The notes under the pieces: model-generated
What the model saw: the letters and a program-made list of their open reading frames with translations, nothing else
Databases searched by the model: none
Told to the model about the DNA's origin: nothing
Made by a program: the position numbers and the translations under genes
Source: Polymyxa betae A26-41
Lineage: Eukaryota; Protista; Endomyxa: Phytomyxea
DNA length: 38,136 bases
Assembly (NCBI GenBank): GCA_003693705.1
Contig: RBZT01000490.1
Location: forward strand, 1 to 38,136
Direction of reading: 5' to 3'
Shown: positions 1-11,713 of the stretch, in pieces
How positions within the stretch are numbered: position 1 is the stretch's first letter
Layout: the number at the start of each line of letters is the position of its first letter

Positions 1-671
1 TATCGTCGATTAATCCTTAATCCATGGACCAATATTGATTGGCATCACTCCTACATTCTTGAGGTCCATCCGGTTAATGGAGTGTGTTTGCAGGGAGGAG
101 AAAGGTCTTTGCTACCAGGACGTACAATAGGCCCGGATTGGTCACAAATCTGGAGAACTTTTCGTGAGTGATGCCATCATAGTTTCCAATAGAACAAATG
201 GCAATGTACGATCTCGAATAATCGTTTCGGCAGAATTCGCTCACACTATTGCTTGAAATCACACTGACGTGTCTGTCGTGCAGACTGGAATTCAATAAGA
301 GTTGTCTCGGGGCTGGTCCCAGGTCTGATTTCAATCGAATTTGTCATGCAATCATTACCGTCCCAACTACGAAAAGTAAACTGCTGGAGATTGTTCAACC
401 TGAAATGGCCTTATCATACTACTTATGAATAACTGAAAGAGGGCCAAATTCCGACATATTCAGGAATGAATTCAAGAACAGACTGTTACCGCTCAAATTT
501 CTGGAAATTGTGAATTCGTTATAAATCAAGAGTAACTGAATCAAGCCTCTGCTAATTTTAGTAATCTATACAACATCGATAGTGAATTCGTAGTAAGCAA
601 AAACCTAACAAGTCAGCCCGGCCTCTCTAGCTTGACCCCGGAAGATAATGGGCGCGGAGTCAAACTTTAGT

Positions 672-683
672 GCGCGCATTTTT
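672..683. promoter_or_regulatory. GCGCGCATTTTT putative promoter element; exact reverse complement at 1766-1777
   Basis: The same 12-mer lies upstream of two adjacent genes in opposite orientations. Confidence 0.3.
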
Positions 684-811
684 CCGATTTGGTTGTTGTT
701 GGTGTTTGTCGCCGTTGGTTAATTTTGGAGACGGTGTGCCAAGCAGCTTTCGTGCAACCATCAATCACGTTCCCTCTATACATTGCCGCTGTTGCTGTCA
801 CTTGCTGAAGT

Positions 812-1519
812 ATGAGCACTGCTGCCAGTAAAAAACGTAAGCTGTCCGAAGGCGGCAGTGCAGCTGGTGGCGGAGGCGCTACCGCCGAGAACGACTTGAT
901 GAAGTCATGCCTGCCGATTTTGAAACAAATCGCTCAGCGACCCGATGCTGAGCCATTCTTGGACCCAGTCGACTGGGAAGAATTAGGAATTCCTGATTAT
1001 CCCGAAGTCATCAAGAACCCAATGGATCTAGGTACGATTCGTACCAAGCTTGAAGAAGGCAAATATGCCAGCGAGAAGGAGTTCGCTGCCGATGTCCATT
1101 TAGTATGGGACAATGCCAAGCTTTACAATCAGCCCGGGTCGGGTATCTATGTTGCTGCTGACGCCTTGCAGAAACAATTCGAACGACGTATGCAGAAGGT
1201 AATCAAGAGACCAACTACGGAACCGGCTTCGCCAGCGGCCAAAAAGAAGAAGCCAACGAAGGCTTCAACAGGAAAACAAGTTCCTCAAGCGGATAAGGTC
1301 AAGTTCGCTACGCTCATTAACCAGCTAACGGCGCCACAAATCGGAAAGGTCGTCGATATGATCTCGAAAGCTTGCCCAGAAGCTTTGAATGAAGAAGATG
1401 AGGAAGACCTAGAGATCGAAGTCGATAAGATTGACCGAGACACATTAACGCAATTGAATTCTTTCTGCGAGCAATCTGTTAGTTCAAACGGCGGCGATGC
1501 TAAGAAGAAGAAGAAGTAA
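812..1519 (+). CDS. Single-bromodomain + extra-terminal (ET/NET) domain protein, BET/GTE family; intronless
   Basis: Bromodomain motifs PFLDPVD..LGIPDYPEVIKNPMDLGTI..NAKLYN; C-terminal ET domain (QIGKVVDMI..EDLEIEVDKIDRDTL); basic NLS-like stretches. Confidence 0.92.
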   Translation: MSTAASKKRKLSEGGSAAGGGGATAENDLMKSCLPILKQIAQRPDAEPFLDPVDWEELGIPDYPEVIKNPMDLGTIRTKLEEGKYASEKEFAADVHLVWDNAKLYNQPGSGIYVAADALQKQFERRMQKVIKRPTTEPASPAAKKKKPTKASTGKQVPQADKVKFATLINQLTAPQIGKVVDMISKACPEALNEEDEEDLEIEVDKIDRDTLTQLNSFCEQSVSSNGGDAKKKKK

Positions 1520-1815
1520 TTTCTTAATCAATCTAATCTGCAGAGTCCCGTGTCTAGAGTTGTTTTATCATTATAAAGCGAGCACGGCTGCTTTGCTGCA
1601 CACATATTGTATTCCCCATCCTATATATCGCTTTTATAAATTCGTTTCACCTTATAGTACTTCGCTTTTCAGAAGCCGATTATGACCGGTCAAAGGGTGT
1701 GGTTTTGCGAAAGGATTCCCTCATGCTATAGTATGATACCTTTGTATGATGATATTCACACAGAGAAAAATGCGCGCTATCAGCCTGTCAGAAGACTTGT
1801 CTCGATCACTTCGTA

Positions 1816-2863
1816 ATGAATTTGCAACAGCCTGATGATGTTCGATCGCTTAGCTGTCTGGACATGCTGAAACGGAATCCATGTCCAGTATTATCGTTAG
1901 GCTGTCCGATCTTAAATGCAGCTTTTTCCGATGGATTGCGGCCTGGATTGTCAGAGCTTTGTGGCGAGGCTGGAACCGGGAAATCCCAGCTCTGCTTGCA
2001 GCTTTTGCTTCAAGTACAATTGTATGAGAGCTGATACTCGTCACTTCAATTCTTATTCAAACGCTCCCCGTCTAGACCAGAATCAATGGGCGGTTTGAAT
2101 GGAAAATCACTGTACATATGCACTGAGAAGGTTCACGATCGTTTTGGTCAGCAACCCCCAGTGCATGATGACTGTTTCATGTTAAGGTCGCTTCCAGTCG
2201 TCTAATCGAAATGGCTTCAGGCATTGTGCGAAAAGCACCTCAGTTACGCCAGCACAACTTTCTTGAAAACATTCTGATTCGACCAGGTACGAACATTGCT
2301 TTAAGAGGAGCGTATTCTTCAAGTTTTGATCAGTCGACTCGGTTGAGGAGCTTCAAATGATTCTGTTCGAGTGGGTCCCAGCTCTTCTTAAGAATCCGCA
2401 AGACAACATCAAGCTGGTCGTCGTTGATAGCGTAGCCGCCCTTCTAAGGATGGAGGGCAGCGTTAAAGATCGCTCCCAGCTCGCGTACCATTTGCGTCAA
2501 CTGGCCATGCTGCACAATATTTGCATCGTCGCTTCGAATCAGGTCTCCGATGTCATGTCGAACCAAGCGTCTGGAGGACAGCTGCAATTCTTGTCGTCAG
2601 GCCGACTTGTTACACCTGCATTAGGTCGGCGTTGGTCGATTGACATTTCTCGAAGAATAATCCTAACCCGGGGTACACAGCCTTCCGATTGACCGTCCAG
2701 ATCCGTCTGTTTTTAACATTTTACAGATCGAAGCCCCGTTCCAAGACGCGTTATGTTTGCATCAGGCTCCTCCTACTGCCCCGATGGGCATATTGAATTT
2801 TACATAAATGATATGGGCGTCTTCGGCAAGCCTCAATCCGATTCCAGAGATCCCATTCCTTGA
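1816..2863 (+). CDS. XRCC3: RAD51 paralog, XRCC3-like; about 5 exons
   Basis: Walker A GEAGTGKSQLCLQL; removing intron 2022-2075 gives QLPESMGGLNGKSLYICTE; Walker B LVVVDSVAAL; NQV and PALG motifs; last exon ends FYINDMGVFG..DPIP-TGA (2861-2863). Confidence 0.8.
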
Positions 2864-3439
2864 CTTTCATCTTCGGTAATCTTTAGTAATACAGAGCCTG
2901 GCAGGGCTCATTGTCATATTTTATCAGTAAGGCGTCGTTCGTATTGTTGATGCCATTTTGCATCCATCTGGGGGGCCGATCTGTCCATCCGTAGTAGCTG
3001 AACATTAACCGGATCCGAATGATTGGCTGTGACATCTGAAATACGTTTGAAGAATTGGATGCTAGCAAGGACTGAACAAGCTTTATTGGAAAGCAATATT
3101 TCTCGACGACTTTTCGAATATCATGCTCATTCACTTAAATCACGCGGTTACTTCCGGCTATACCTTTCAATGCGGAAATCGAGTTCTACCAATGCAGATT
3201 CATTCCTTGCGATACGATTTCGACTAGTCATGTCAATGTGTACGACACACAATTGAGAAATGGGCAGTTGCATGACCATGCATTTTGCATGGATTTCCGC
3301 CGCTGCGGTGAATCGGTGACTTCCGCCAAAACCCAACTTGAAGTGCAACTTGTGCGTTAAGCTTTGGTGCGAAACTTTCAATTTAGCTGTACTTATTCCT
3401 GAAACCTTTCAAGAAACGGTGTCGCTCTCTTCACACGAT

Positions 3440-4069
3440 ATGTCGTCCTCTCTCCATGCTGACGAACCATTCGCTGGCGTCCTCAGTCCAGCAGATCCTT
3501 CGGCAGCATTGTCGTCGCCCACAAACCGCTTCGCACCGTTCGTCAGTATGGAATTCACCAGCCTGAAGGCGCTGCAGTTTCCTGTCGCGCGTATCAAGAA
3601 GATCATGAAGTCTGATGAGGATGTCTCGGTTGGTCTTCTCAGATGGGATTTCGTCTGCAGTCTTTCTGATGCTAGCTTATTGTCAGATGATTAGCGGCGA
3701 AGTTCCAGTTTTATTCTCGAAAGCTTGCGAGCTGTTTATTCTGGATATGACCCAGCAAGCCTATCAGCATACTCTTCATTGCAAGCGGCGAACTTTACAA
3801 CTGTATGTTTAATCATTCTTGCTCTGAGGCTGGTCGTCTCAAATCTGAGTAGCAACGATATTGCCGCTGCTGTCTCTCAATGCAGTCTATTTGACTTCTT
3901 GATCGATATCGTGCAACCCAACAATAACGAAAACAATCCGAATGACGAAATTGAGCTCAATGAGTCGTCTATGGGCCAGAATGTCTCATTATCGACATAT
4001 TATGAAGAACAGAATCCAAACGCATCCAGGCAGCTTCTGCCAGCGCTGGCTCCGCCCTTTGAAGAATGA
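3440..4069 (+). CDS. Histone-fold protein, NF-YC/HAP5 family; 3 exons
   Basis: [55 protein letters not shown] after removing two short GT-AG introns. Confidence 0.88.
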
Positions 4070-4824
4070 TTCGGTTGATGGTGCTGTACTACTAACAGAT
4101 TGCCTTGTGATCATTGCCTAAAATTGTCGTGCGGCGGCAGGCTAAACAGCATTCGCCTGGGTTTGACCAATCTAATATAGGTCCCCTTTATATCGAATCT
4201 TCTTACGTCTTAATATCGGATATAGATTTGGGGACTGATACGGTTGAAAACTATATATATTTGCACAGCATTTGAATTATTCATTTTTCCTGGTCGCATG
4301 TGATCGTTTGCCTTTTGATTCTCTATTGATGTTTTCCTATCACGTTAGATAAGGACACTTGTAAACTAGTCGATTGGCAGCTAGATTTCGGTGAAGCTCC
4401 GCAACTGAGGGCGAGACAGCCACTTTATGTTCATCACAAGCGAGGTAGGGAGATTCGTGCTCTAACTAATGCCATCGATGTCTGAGCATCTAAAATTAGT
4501 TATAATCATCTGGGTTCAATTTAAGTTGCGACGACGATCCGAAGATAGCGCACCGTCGCTGATTTTGCTGTTTTGAGCAATCCCGCTGCCATCGTGAAAT
4601 TCTTGTGACTTGTGAAACCCTCGTTATCTAAATGCCCTAAACGATTAAAAATCCATCAAAGTGGGTCCCCAAGTCTGTATTATGTTGCGTAAAGACGGCG
4701 GGACCCTCTTGTATCTTCACCTTCCATCCCGTCTTCATCACTGTCGTCATTCCCTTTACTGTCGTCGCCTGTATCGGGTCGTCGGCCGCAATCTTGACAG
4801 TCAGATTTGGGCCACGACAACATC

Positions 4825-6335
4825 ATGTTGCGCTCTGTAGCCCGTCGGTATCGCTCGTTCGTGACGGCGCCAGCGCCCTGGCGCTCAAACGCCCCGGCAT
4901 CGCTGTTCGCCAACTACCCGGCGACGGAAGTCTCTACTACGTCCAATGGCGTCCGGGTCGCTACCGAAACACTTCCTGGCCAGACAGCAACGATTCAAGT
5001 CTGGATCGATGCTGGATCCAGATACGAGGATGAAAACAACAACGGTGTCGCTCACTTCCTGGAGCATTTGAAGTTCAAAGGAACCAAAAATCGTAGCCGA
5101 GTTCAGCTGGAAACCGAAGTCGAGAACCTTGGAGCGCATCTGAATGCCTACACGTCCCGGGAACATACCGTTTATTTCGCTTCCGTGTTCAAAAACCACA
5201 TACCTCAGGCCATGGATTTACTCTCAGATATTCTCCAGGTTTGTTGGTTTTATTTTCTCGATGAAACCCGCGGTAATTATGCTTTGTAGAATTCTCTTCT
5301 CGACCAAAGTGCTATTGAAAGGGAGCGTGATGTCATTCTGCGTGAGATGAAAGAGGTATTCTTCCATATAAATCAGTTCTTTTCTGTAATCAACTTTAGG
5401 TGGAATCAATTCCGGAAGAGGTTGTTTTTGATCGCCTGCACGAAGCTGCCTATCGTGACCAACCTTTGGGTCGAACTATTCTGGGACCCGTCAAGCACAT
5501 TGCACAGACCATCAATCAAGATATGTTACGAGCTTATATCAAGAAGCATTACACAGCTGATCGTATAGTTGTGGTCGGCGCTGGGGCCGTCGATCACAAA
5601 CAACTCGTTGAGCTCACTGAGAAGTCTTTTGGAAAACTGCCGGGTCCATCTGATCCTGTTGTACTGGAACCTGCCGTTTTTACAGGCGGTGATACCAGAG
5701 AACGTCAGGATGACCTGAAGAAGGCCTATTTTGCCCTCGCGTATCCGACAACGGGCGCCAACTCCCCGGATTCCTTCCCACTGATGTTCCTACAGCAGCT
5801 TCTTGGTAAATGGGAGCGATCGCTAAACTCTCAGGCGTTGCCGTCAGCCCTAGCCAGATTCTCACATTCCAATTTGGTTGCGAATGTGACTAAAATGGAA
5901 TGTGTTGATAAGTTGACCCCATTCAATTCACAGTACAGTGATACTGGATTGTTCGGTGTTTACGTTGAAGCCCAGCCTCAAGACGTCAACGAAGCCGTCT
6001 TTCAGATCACCAATGAAATCACCCGGCTATCGTATGAACTCACTGAAGAACAGGTCGAAGTCGCCCGGCACATGCTGAAAGCGGCATGCTTGACATCAAT
6101 GGACGGGACCACGACTTTGGCTGATGAGATCGGTCGACAAATCCTGTACCATGGGCGCCGTATGCATCCAGCTGAGATCATTGCACGAATCGACGATGTC
6201 GATGCAGCTGCTGTTCGTAACTGCGCTGTCAAGTACCTGCAAGATGTCGATGTTGTCGTGAGTGGATATGGTGCCGTTCACGAGCTACCTGATTATAACT
6301 ATGTTCGTCGTCGGACATACTGGCTCCGATACTAA
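4825..6335 (+). CDS. PMPCB: Mitochondrial processing peptidase beta subunit (M16 family); 3 exons
   Basis: Arg-rich transit peptide MLRSVARRYRSF; IDAGSRYE; zinc-binding HFLEH; LNAYTSRE; SDTGLFG; C-terminal RRRTYWLRY. Confidence 0.93.
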
Positions 6336-6393
6336 TCGGGTCTTTGACAAAATGTTCTCATGCGGTTTAATAAATAGATTATAGACAATCTGG

Positions 6394-7543
6394 CTAGGTG
6401 ACGGAAGGTCGAATTACAGACATAACAAGGCTGTTGCATATGATCATTAACAGCAAGCTATGAGAGAACTGCAAACATTCTTACCTCATATTATCACCAG
6501 AACATTCCTGAGTCCATTCCGCATCACTTCTCAACACAATAGTCTCAGAAGCATGCTGCTCCTAATGTTGATTCAGTATTCACGAATACGTTCAATCATC
6601 TGTACCTACTCCATGCTGTAATGTCTCATTTAATATCATAACAATATCACGTTCTTCAAGTACGTCCCAGATCCCATCTGATGCACATATTATACACGTC
6701 TAATCACATAACAATCAGCGAATCTAGAGCCATAAGCATCAGTGAAACTAACCGCTCTCGTCTGACTCAACCTCCTCGTAGCGACTTCCGGTTGGGATAG
6801 TACGCCATGCTTACTGAGGACGCGATGCCCCAAAGCACGGCTCATATTCAGTGTGAGTTTCTGTCGAATGGCGTCCTCAATGCTCATGATCTGTCCCGGA
6901 AAGATTCGGACTCCGCCGTGCTCGACGATTTTGGCATCGGCCAGGGCCAGACGCTCGTATTCGGCATCGTTGGTTCTGGGATTATGATCTCGAGACGACC
7001 ATTGCCATGACCAGACCCGCGTCCGGGCGTTCTCCTCGAAGATCGCAATACGTGAATCACCGATCCATGCCAGGTCGATGACGTCGCCGGCGATCTTGGC
7101 GACGGCAGCCGTCGTCCCATAGTCGTAAGGCCATTCAGGATCGCGGCGATGCTCGTTATCAGCGATGTCCACGAGAAGATGGTGGATGTCCAGAAGGGAG
7201 TCGGAAAGCGATCGGCCGCTGAGCGTGAACGGAGCCAGGAGAGCGGCACCAATGGCGGCCGCCGTCTCGCCCAGCACGCCATGACCGTCAAAAACGCCCA
7301 GAATTCGGACATCATGGCTTTTATGAACTACAATCCGATCCTAAAAACAATCAAATCGCTTTACTTTTTTCAAATTTTTACAACGCTTACTTGGTTGAGA
7401 GAGCGATATCGACCATCGCAGGAGATGGCGAACGAATCTGGCGCCGAGACTCGAGTGATATCGAAACAGCCCAGCCTGGCAGCTAGCGGGTCGTCTAATT
7501 TCGAAGCCTCGATCTGGGCCGCAGGGCTGTCCTCGGATGACAT
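6394..7543 (-). CDS. PP2C/PPM-type Ser/Thr phosphatase; about 5 exons
   Basis: Spliced product has RSLNQD, GVFDGHG, GTTA, WIGDSR, SRDH, SRALGH, CASDGIWDV and GDNMS; stop TAG at 6394-6396. Confidence 0.85.
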
Positions 7544-8001
7544 GGGCGAGGCTGGCGTCTGGCGACCCAAATCGCGATAGTCGTCAGCGCTGTCCGCAAT
7601 AATAATCTACAAAAAGATAAAAATGTCGAATAAACGACACAAATATCATATTGTCATTACAGAGCTGATCGCCATTCATGCAGCATGCGATATTCATTGG
7701 AGCTCGACGGGTTGCTTGATGGAATATCGAATGGATGTGGAGATAGCTAAATGGAAGCAATGAAATCACTCTCTGAATTTTGATAAGTAGAAGATTTGCA
7801 GACAGAATCATGTTTAGTTCTGATTTCCAACGCTGGTAATCAATAAACCAGCTTCAGCTCTTCTTAACAGCTCTTCTCTTTATGAATTGAGTATCATCGG
7901 TTGTGATAGAGATCACATGAATAGCGATGTCTATAACGAGATCGATCATGACCTGAATGGTACCGCCAATCGAACAACGCCCTTCTATCCTGAGTTCAGC
8001 C

Positions 8002-9098
8002 ATGTCAGTCGGTGTCGTCGATTTCGGGTTCGATGTCGGTTCCGAACTGAACGAGGCTCGCCTCGAGAATGCTCTGCAGATGGTCATGGAGAGGAACGAT
8101 CTCCTCATCAAGGAGAACGAAATGCTGTCCGCCCATCTGTTCCGACAACGAGGCTCGGCGCTGCCCGACGACGACCTGGTCGAGGCGCCGTACCGGCCCC
8201 TGTCGTTACAGGAGAAATTCGAGATGATCATGCAGGAGGAAGGCGCCATCAATGTCGATATTGCTGATCTCACCGACAAGGCCAATCGCGACATTTGCTC
8301 ATTGAAGGAGGTCCTAGAAGAGAGCACCATTCGATGCAATGAGATCAAGAAGGACGCTTACGAGCTGCGACGAGATCTGATGGCGAACTCGGAGGCCACC
8401 AAAGTAATCGAGTAGAAGGGTCATTGGACATGTCTGATGGTGGTGGTGCAGATATCTGCTGAGAAGCTGATTAAGTATCTACAGGAGAAGTTGGAAAGTA
8501 AACAGGCACAATGTGACAAGTTACAGGCCAAGAACGCCTCGTTGAAGCTACAGATTCAGAAATGTGAACTGCAGCTGAAGCAGAAATCAGATCAAGGCGA
8601 GAATCTGCATCAGATCGATTTCGAGCAGCTTCAGATCGAGAATTCGCAGTATAATACCAAGATTGAACAGCGAAACAAACAGCTTCTGAAATTGAAAATG
8701 ACGACCGGCAAAACCGTTCAGGTGAATCTTTTCCTGATGATGGAAGATGTTCGAACTAAGGTTGATAACAGGTTTTAAACAACGCCAAACACGATTTGTC
8801 AACATTGCTAAGCGAGAACGCCAAGCTGCATAAAGATATCGCTGAGCGCGAGCAACAGATTAAGAAACTCGCCGATGAACTTGATCGCGTAGTCGACGAT
8901 ATCAGTAAAGCAAATCGAACTAATAAGCGATATGAAGAGAAATTGCAAAATATCGAGATGCCACACGTTCTCGATTATGTTCATCAAGTTGGAGAGCTGC
9001 AAGCCCTCAAAACCGAACTTAAAAGCTGGAACCGAAAGATCGTGATTGCAGAAATTAACGCAAACCAAAAGATTAGCAAACCCATAATAAATCATTAA
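8002..9098 (+). CDS. CCDC113: Ciliary coiled-coil protein, CCDC113/CFAP263-like; 3 exons; alternative in-frame ATG at 7957
   Basis: Motif GENLHQIDFEQLQIENSQYNTKIEQRNKQLLKLK..GKTVQVLN typical of the CCDC96/CCDC113 family; PHVLDYV..WNRKIVIAE at the C-terminus. Confidence 0.75.
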
Positions 9099-9120
9099 AA
9101 AAGGTCAAATGATAGGAAAT

Positions 9121-11358
9121 TTATTCGATGGGATCGCGCAGGGTCAAGTCGCAGACATACAGAGATGCGATTTCCTCGGCTGATTTGTTGTTCAGGTTGG
9201 AAAGCTTCTTGAGTAGCGCTGTTGGATCGTCAACAGCCAGAGCACCCAAAGTCAGAAATTTGTTCTGAAGAATGGCGTTCAGGTTCGCATCACGATTACG
9301 AGCATGACCCGCTGGGTACATGACCAGATCGCTATCGTGAAGATCACCGCTCTTGTCGGTGATCATAACTGAAGTCGGAATACCATTGGGATATCGCGAA
9401 TCGTATTCCTAACATTTATCAGTAAACAGCATTGAGATACTGATGGAACCTACAGGTCCTCCATGCTCGAACGAAATCTTCTCCATCAATTTACGAGTGT
9501 CCTGACACCTCAGGGCGTCGGCACCGAAATCGCTGGGGGTCAGAATCAGATTCTGCCAGAGAGCGTCGGAACCTTGTTTGGAGATTTCGGCAATTTTCTG
9601 GGGTCCTGTGAAACCGTTTCAAATAGCAAACGAATCCCGATCTAATGGACCTACCAAGACGCATAGCCTTTATGATCAGTCTGGAAACAATGAAGACCAT
9701 GGAGTGGTCAGCAGATTGACGGGTCGTTGGCTTGCGTTTTGCCGGATCTCCAATGATACCGAAAGCAGGTTCGTATGCAACAATCTGATCCACAAAGTTT
9801 TGACTAATCCTCCTTCAAAATGAAAAAAAAAATCACCTTGATAGATTTGATGGCGTCAATCGACTCGGAGAGCCGAGGCGACGCCTGAAGGAGATCCAGG
9901 ACTCCTGATTATCGCTGTGAGATTCACTGCAACGATTCCGTGAATCGTTATGCACCTTGTAATGCGCCAGCAGACTGGTGCTCATACAAACCAAGCTTGA
10001 AGTGCATACCCATGACGGCAAAATCGTCTCCGCTGTGACTCAAGACGATATCGAAAGGGGAAGCATTATCACCTGAAATGTTGGTTGATAGAAGCATCGG
10101 TCTCTGTTACTACCTTTTGGAGTAGGCTCAAAGAAACGGAAGATGGCCTCCGGATTCCTGAAAATGTCGGCGGGCCCAACAAAGCCATTCATCGAGCGAT
10201 GCATGGACAGGATGGCAACCTCTGTTAGGATTAAGTTCCTAAAAGATGCCGTTTGATATGAAAAGCACCTGTGCTCAATGCAGCGCTGGAACCTTTTGAG
10301 TCACTGAGCTGATGTCCAGCTCGAATTGCTCGGAAAGGAATGTAATGGGCAACCACCATTCCAATAGCAGATTCGATCTATCGAATCAGTGAGCAATATG
10401 TGAGAAAAGGATGCCACGAGAGACACCTGTTTCTCAGTAGCGTTTAGCAGAGCGCCATACGTAGCTGCAGAAGCAATTGCACCGTGAACGACGTCTTGAT
10501 CAGCCAAATCAGAATGCAGTCAAAACCACGAAACTGAAGACATACGATCGATTTTGTAAGTTTTCAGACTGAAAACTTCTGCAAGACGGCCACGGATTTC
10601 ATCCAAAAGAATCATGGCTTTGGTCGCCATCTTTCCGTCTAAACCCTGAGCGATGCCATTGTTGAGAATCCAGTACAACGAGGCCCTGGGACTGAGTTAC
10701 CTTCATTTGACAAGCAGCGATTACCACAGGATAAAAGTCTGAGGAACAGCTCAATTAGAGATTTTCACTCTGCTTTTCACAAACCGTTGTGGCCAAACTC
10801 TCCAGCCATGTGTCCCTTTCCAAAACCAGAATTGTATCTACAAGTTTTTTTAATACGAAGCAACCAGACAGAGCGATGCTTACCCAAAGACGGTCCCATT
10901 CGAGTCCCATTCTCTCACAGCAGCACAGTTAGCACAGATAGCCTATACTATTTAAAACAACATATCGATTGCAGAAATATACCGGTCACCTTCTCAGGTG
11001 CGACAAGCTTGTTGGAACCAAACACAGTGGCACCATTCTGCCACGAATACTTCAGAGCTTCTTCACGCAAGACAGTGGGTGCATTGGTTCGTAAGGCTAG
11101 AGCGGAAAGGCCACAAATCACAGAATCGGTATGAAACTGCTCGACTTTATCAATGACAGCCGGATTCGGGCCCGTTCCGAGAGAGCCATTAAGAAACTCT
11201 TTCGCAAATCGAGCGATTCCTTGTGCCTGCACCAAAACATCGGCCAAGCGCTCGCGAATCGCTTGACAGGGGTAACTAGTTACCTGGTTGGTGTTGCGGG
11301 CAAGAACGGTGGCGGTTTTGCCAGCTCGGGCGATTTTGTCGGCGACCGAGAAACTCAT
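9121..11358 (-). CDS. MmgE/PrpD family protein, likely 2-methylcitrate dehydratase; about 13 short introns
   Basis: Spliced motifs AVREWDSNGT, GEFGHNDFYPV, YKIDHVVHG, IRAGHQLSDSKG, HFKLGLYEHQSAG, PTTRQSADHSM, YPAGHARN. Confidence 0.82.
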
Positions 11359-11713
11359 TCTGGCCAACTAATGAAAAAATGGAGAGGAACGATTAGTGGA
11401 GTGAGGTGGCTGGAGGGACCTCCTCACTTAACCTATGCAGTTTGTTAGAAGGCCGCAGACCCAGGAAGCGTGGGGGCCACCCAACCCAACAAGCGGAACC
11501 CCGTGTGTGCTGTTTGCACATTGCAGTCATTGCGTGAATTGGCATTGCGGCTATCATACCATCTGAAAGATGCTAGTATGCCGTCTTAAAGCAGGTTGAA
11601 ATCGGAACTCAATATGGAGTGTCGACTGAGTCGCTTTAATGAAGCAGATACTATGCTTCAGATATAACCGTTTGCAAAAAAAAGCTTTAGTGATTAATTG
11701 AGTTGACTATCCT

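Noticed and set aside
1-500. Minus-strand ORF 74-334 and possible exon fragments
   Set aside because: No recognisable motif and no consistent splice model could be built; it may belong to a gene that continues outside the window.
598-610. Telo-box-like AAACCTAA (and CCCTAAA near 4634)
   Set aside because: Imperfect and short, expected by chance, and without the supporting context seen at 37838-37850.
2883-3381. Several overlapping short minus-strand ORFs between XRCC3 and NF-YC
   Set aside because: The donor/acceptor combinations tried led to stops and no family motif was seen; a small gene cannot be excluded.
4680-4913. Acidic minus-strand ORF overlapping the MPP-beta 5' end
   Set aside because: Explained by a pyrimidine-rich leader on the plus strand plus antisense of coding sequence; no independent support.
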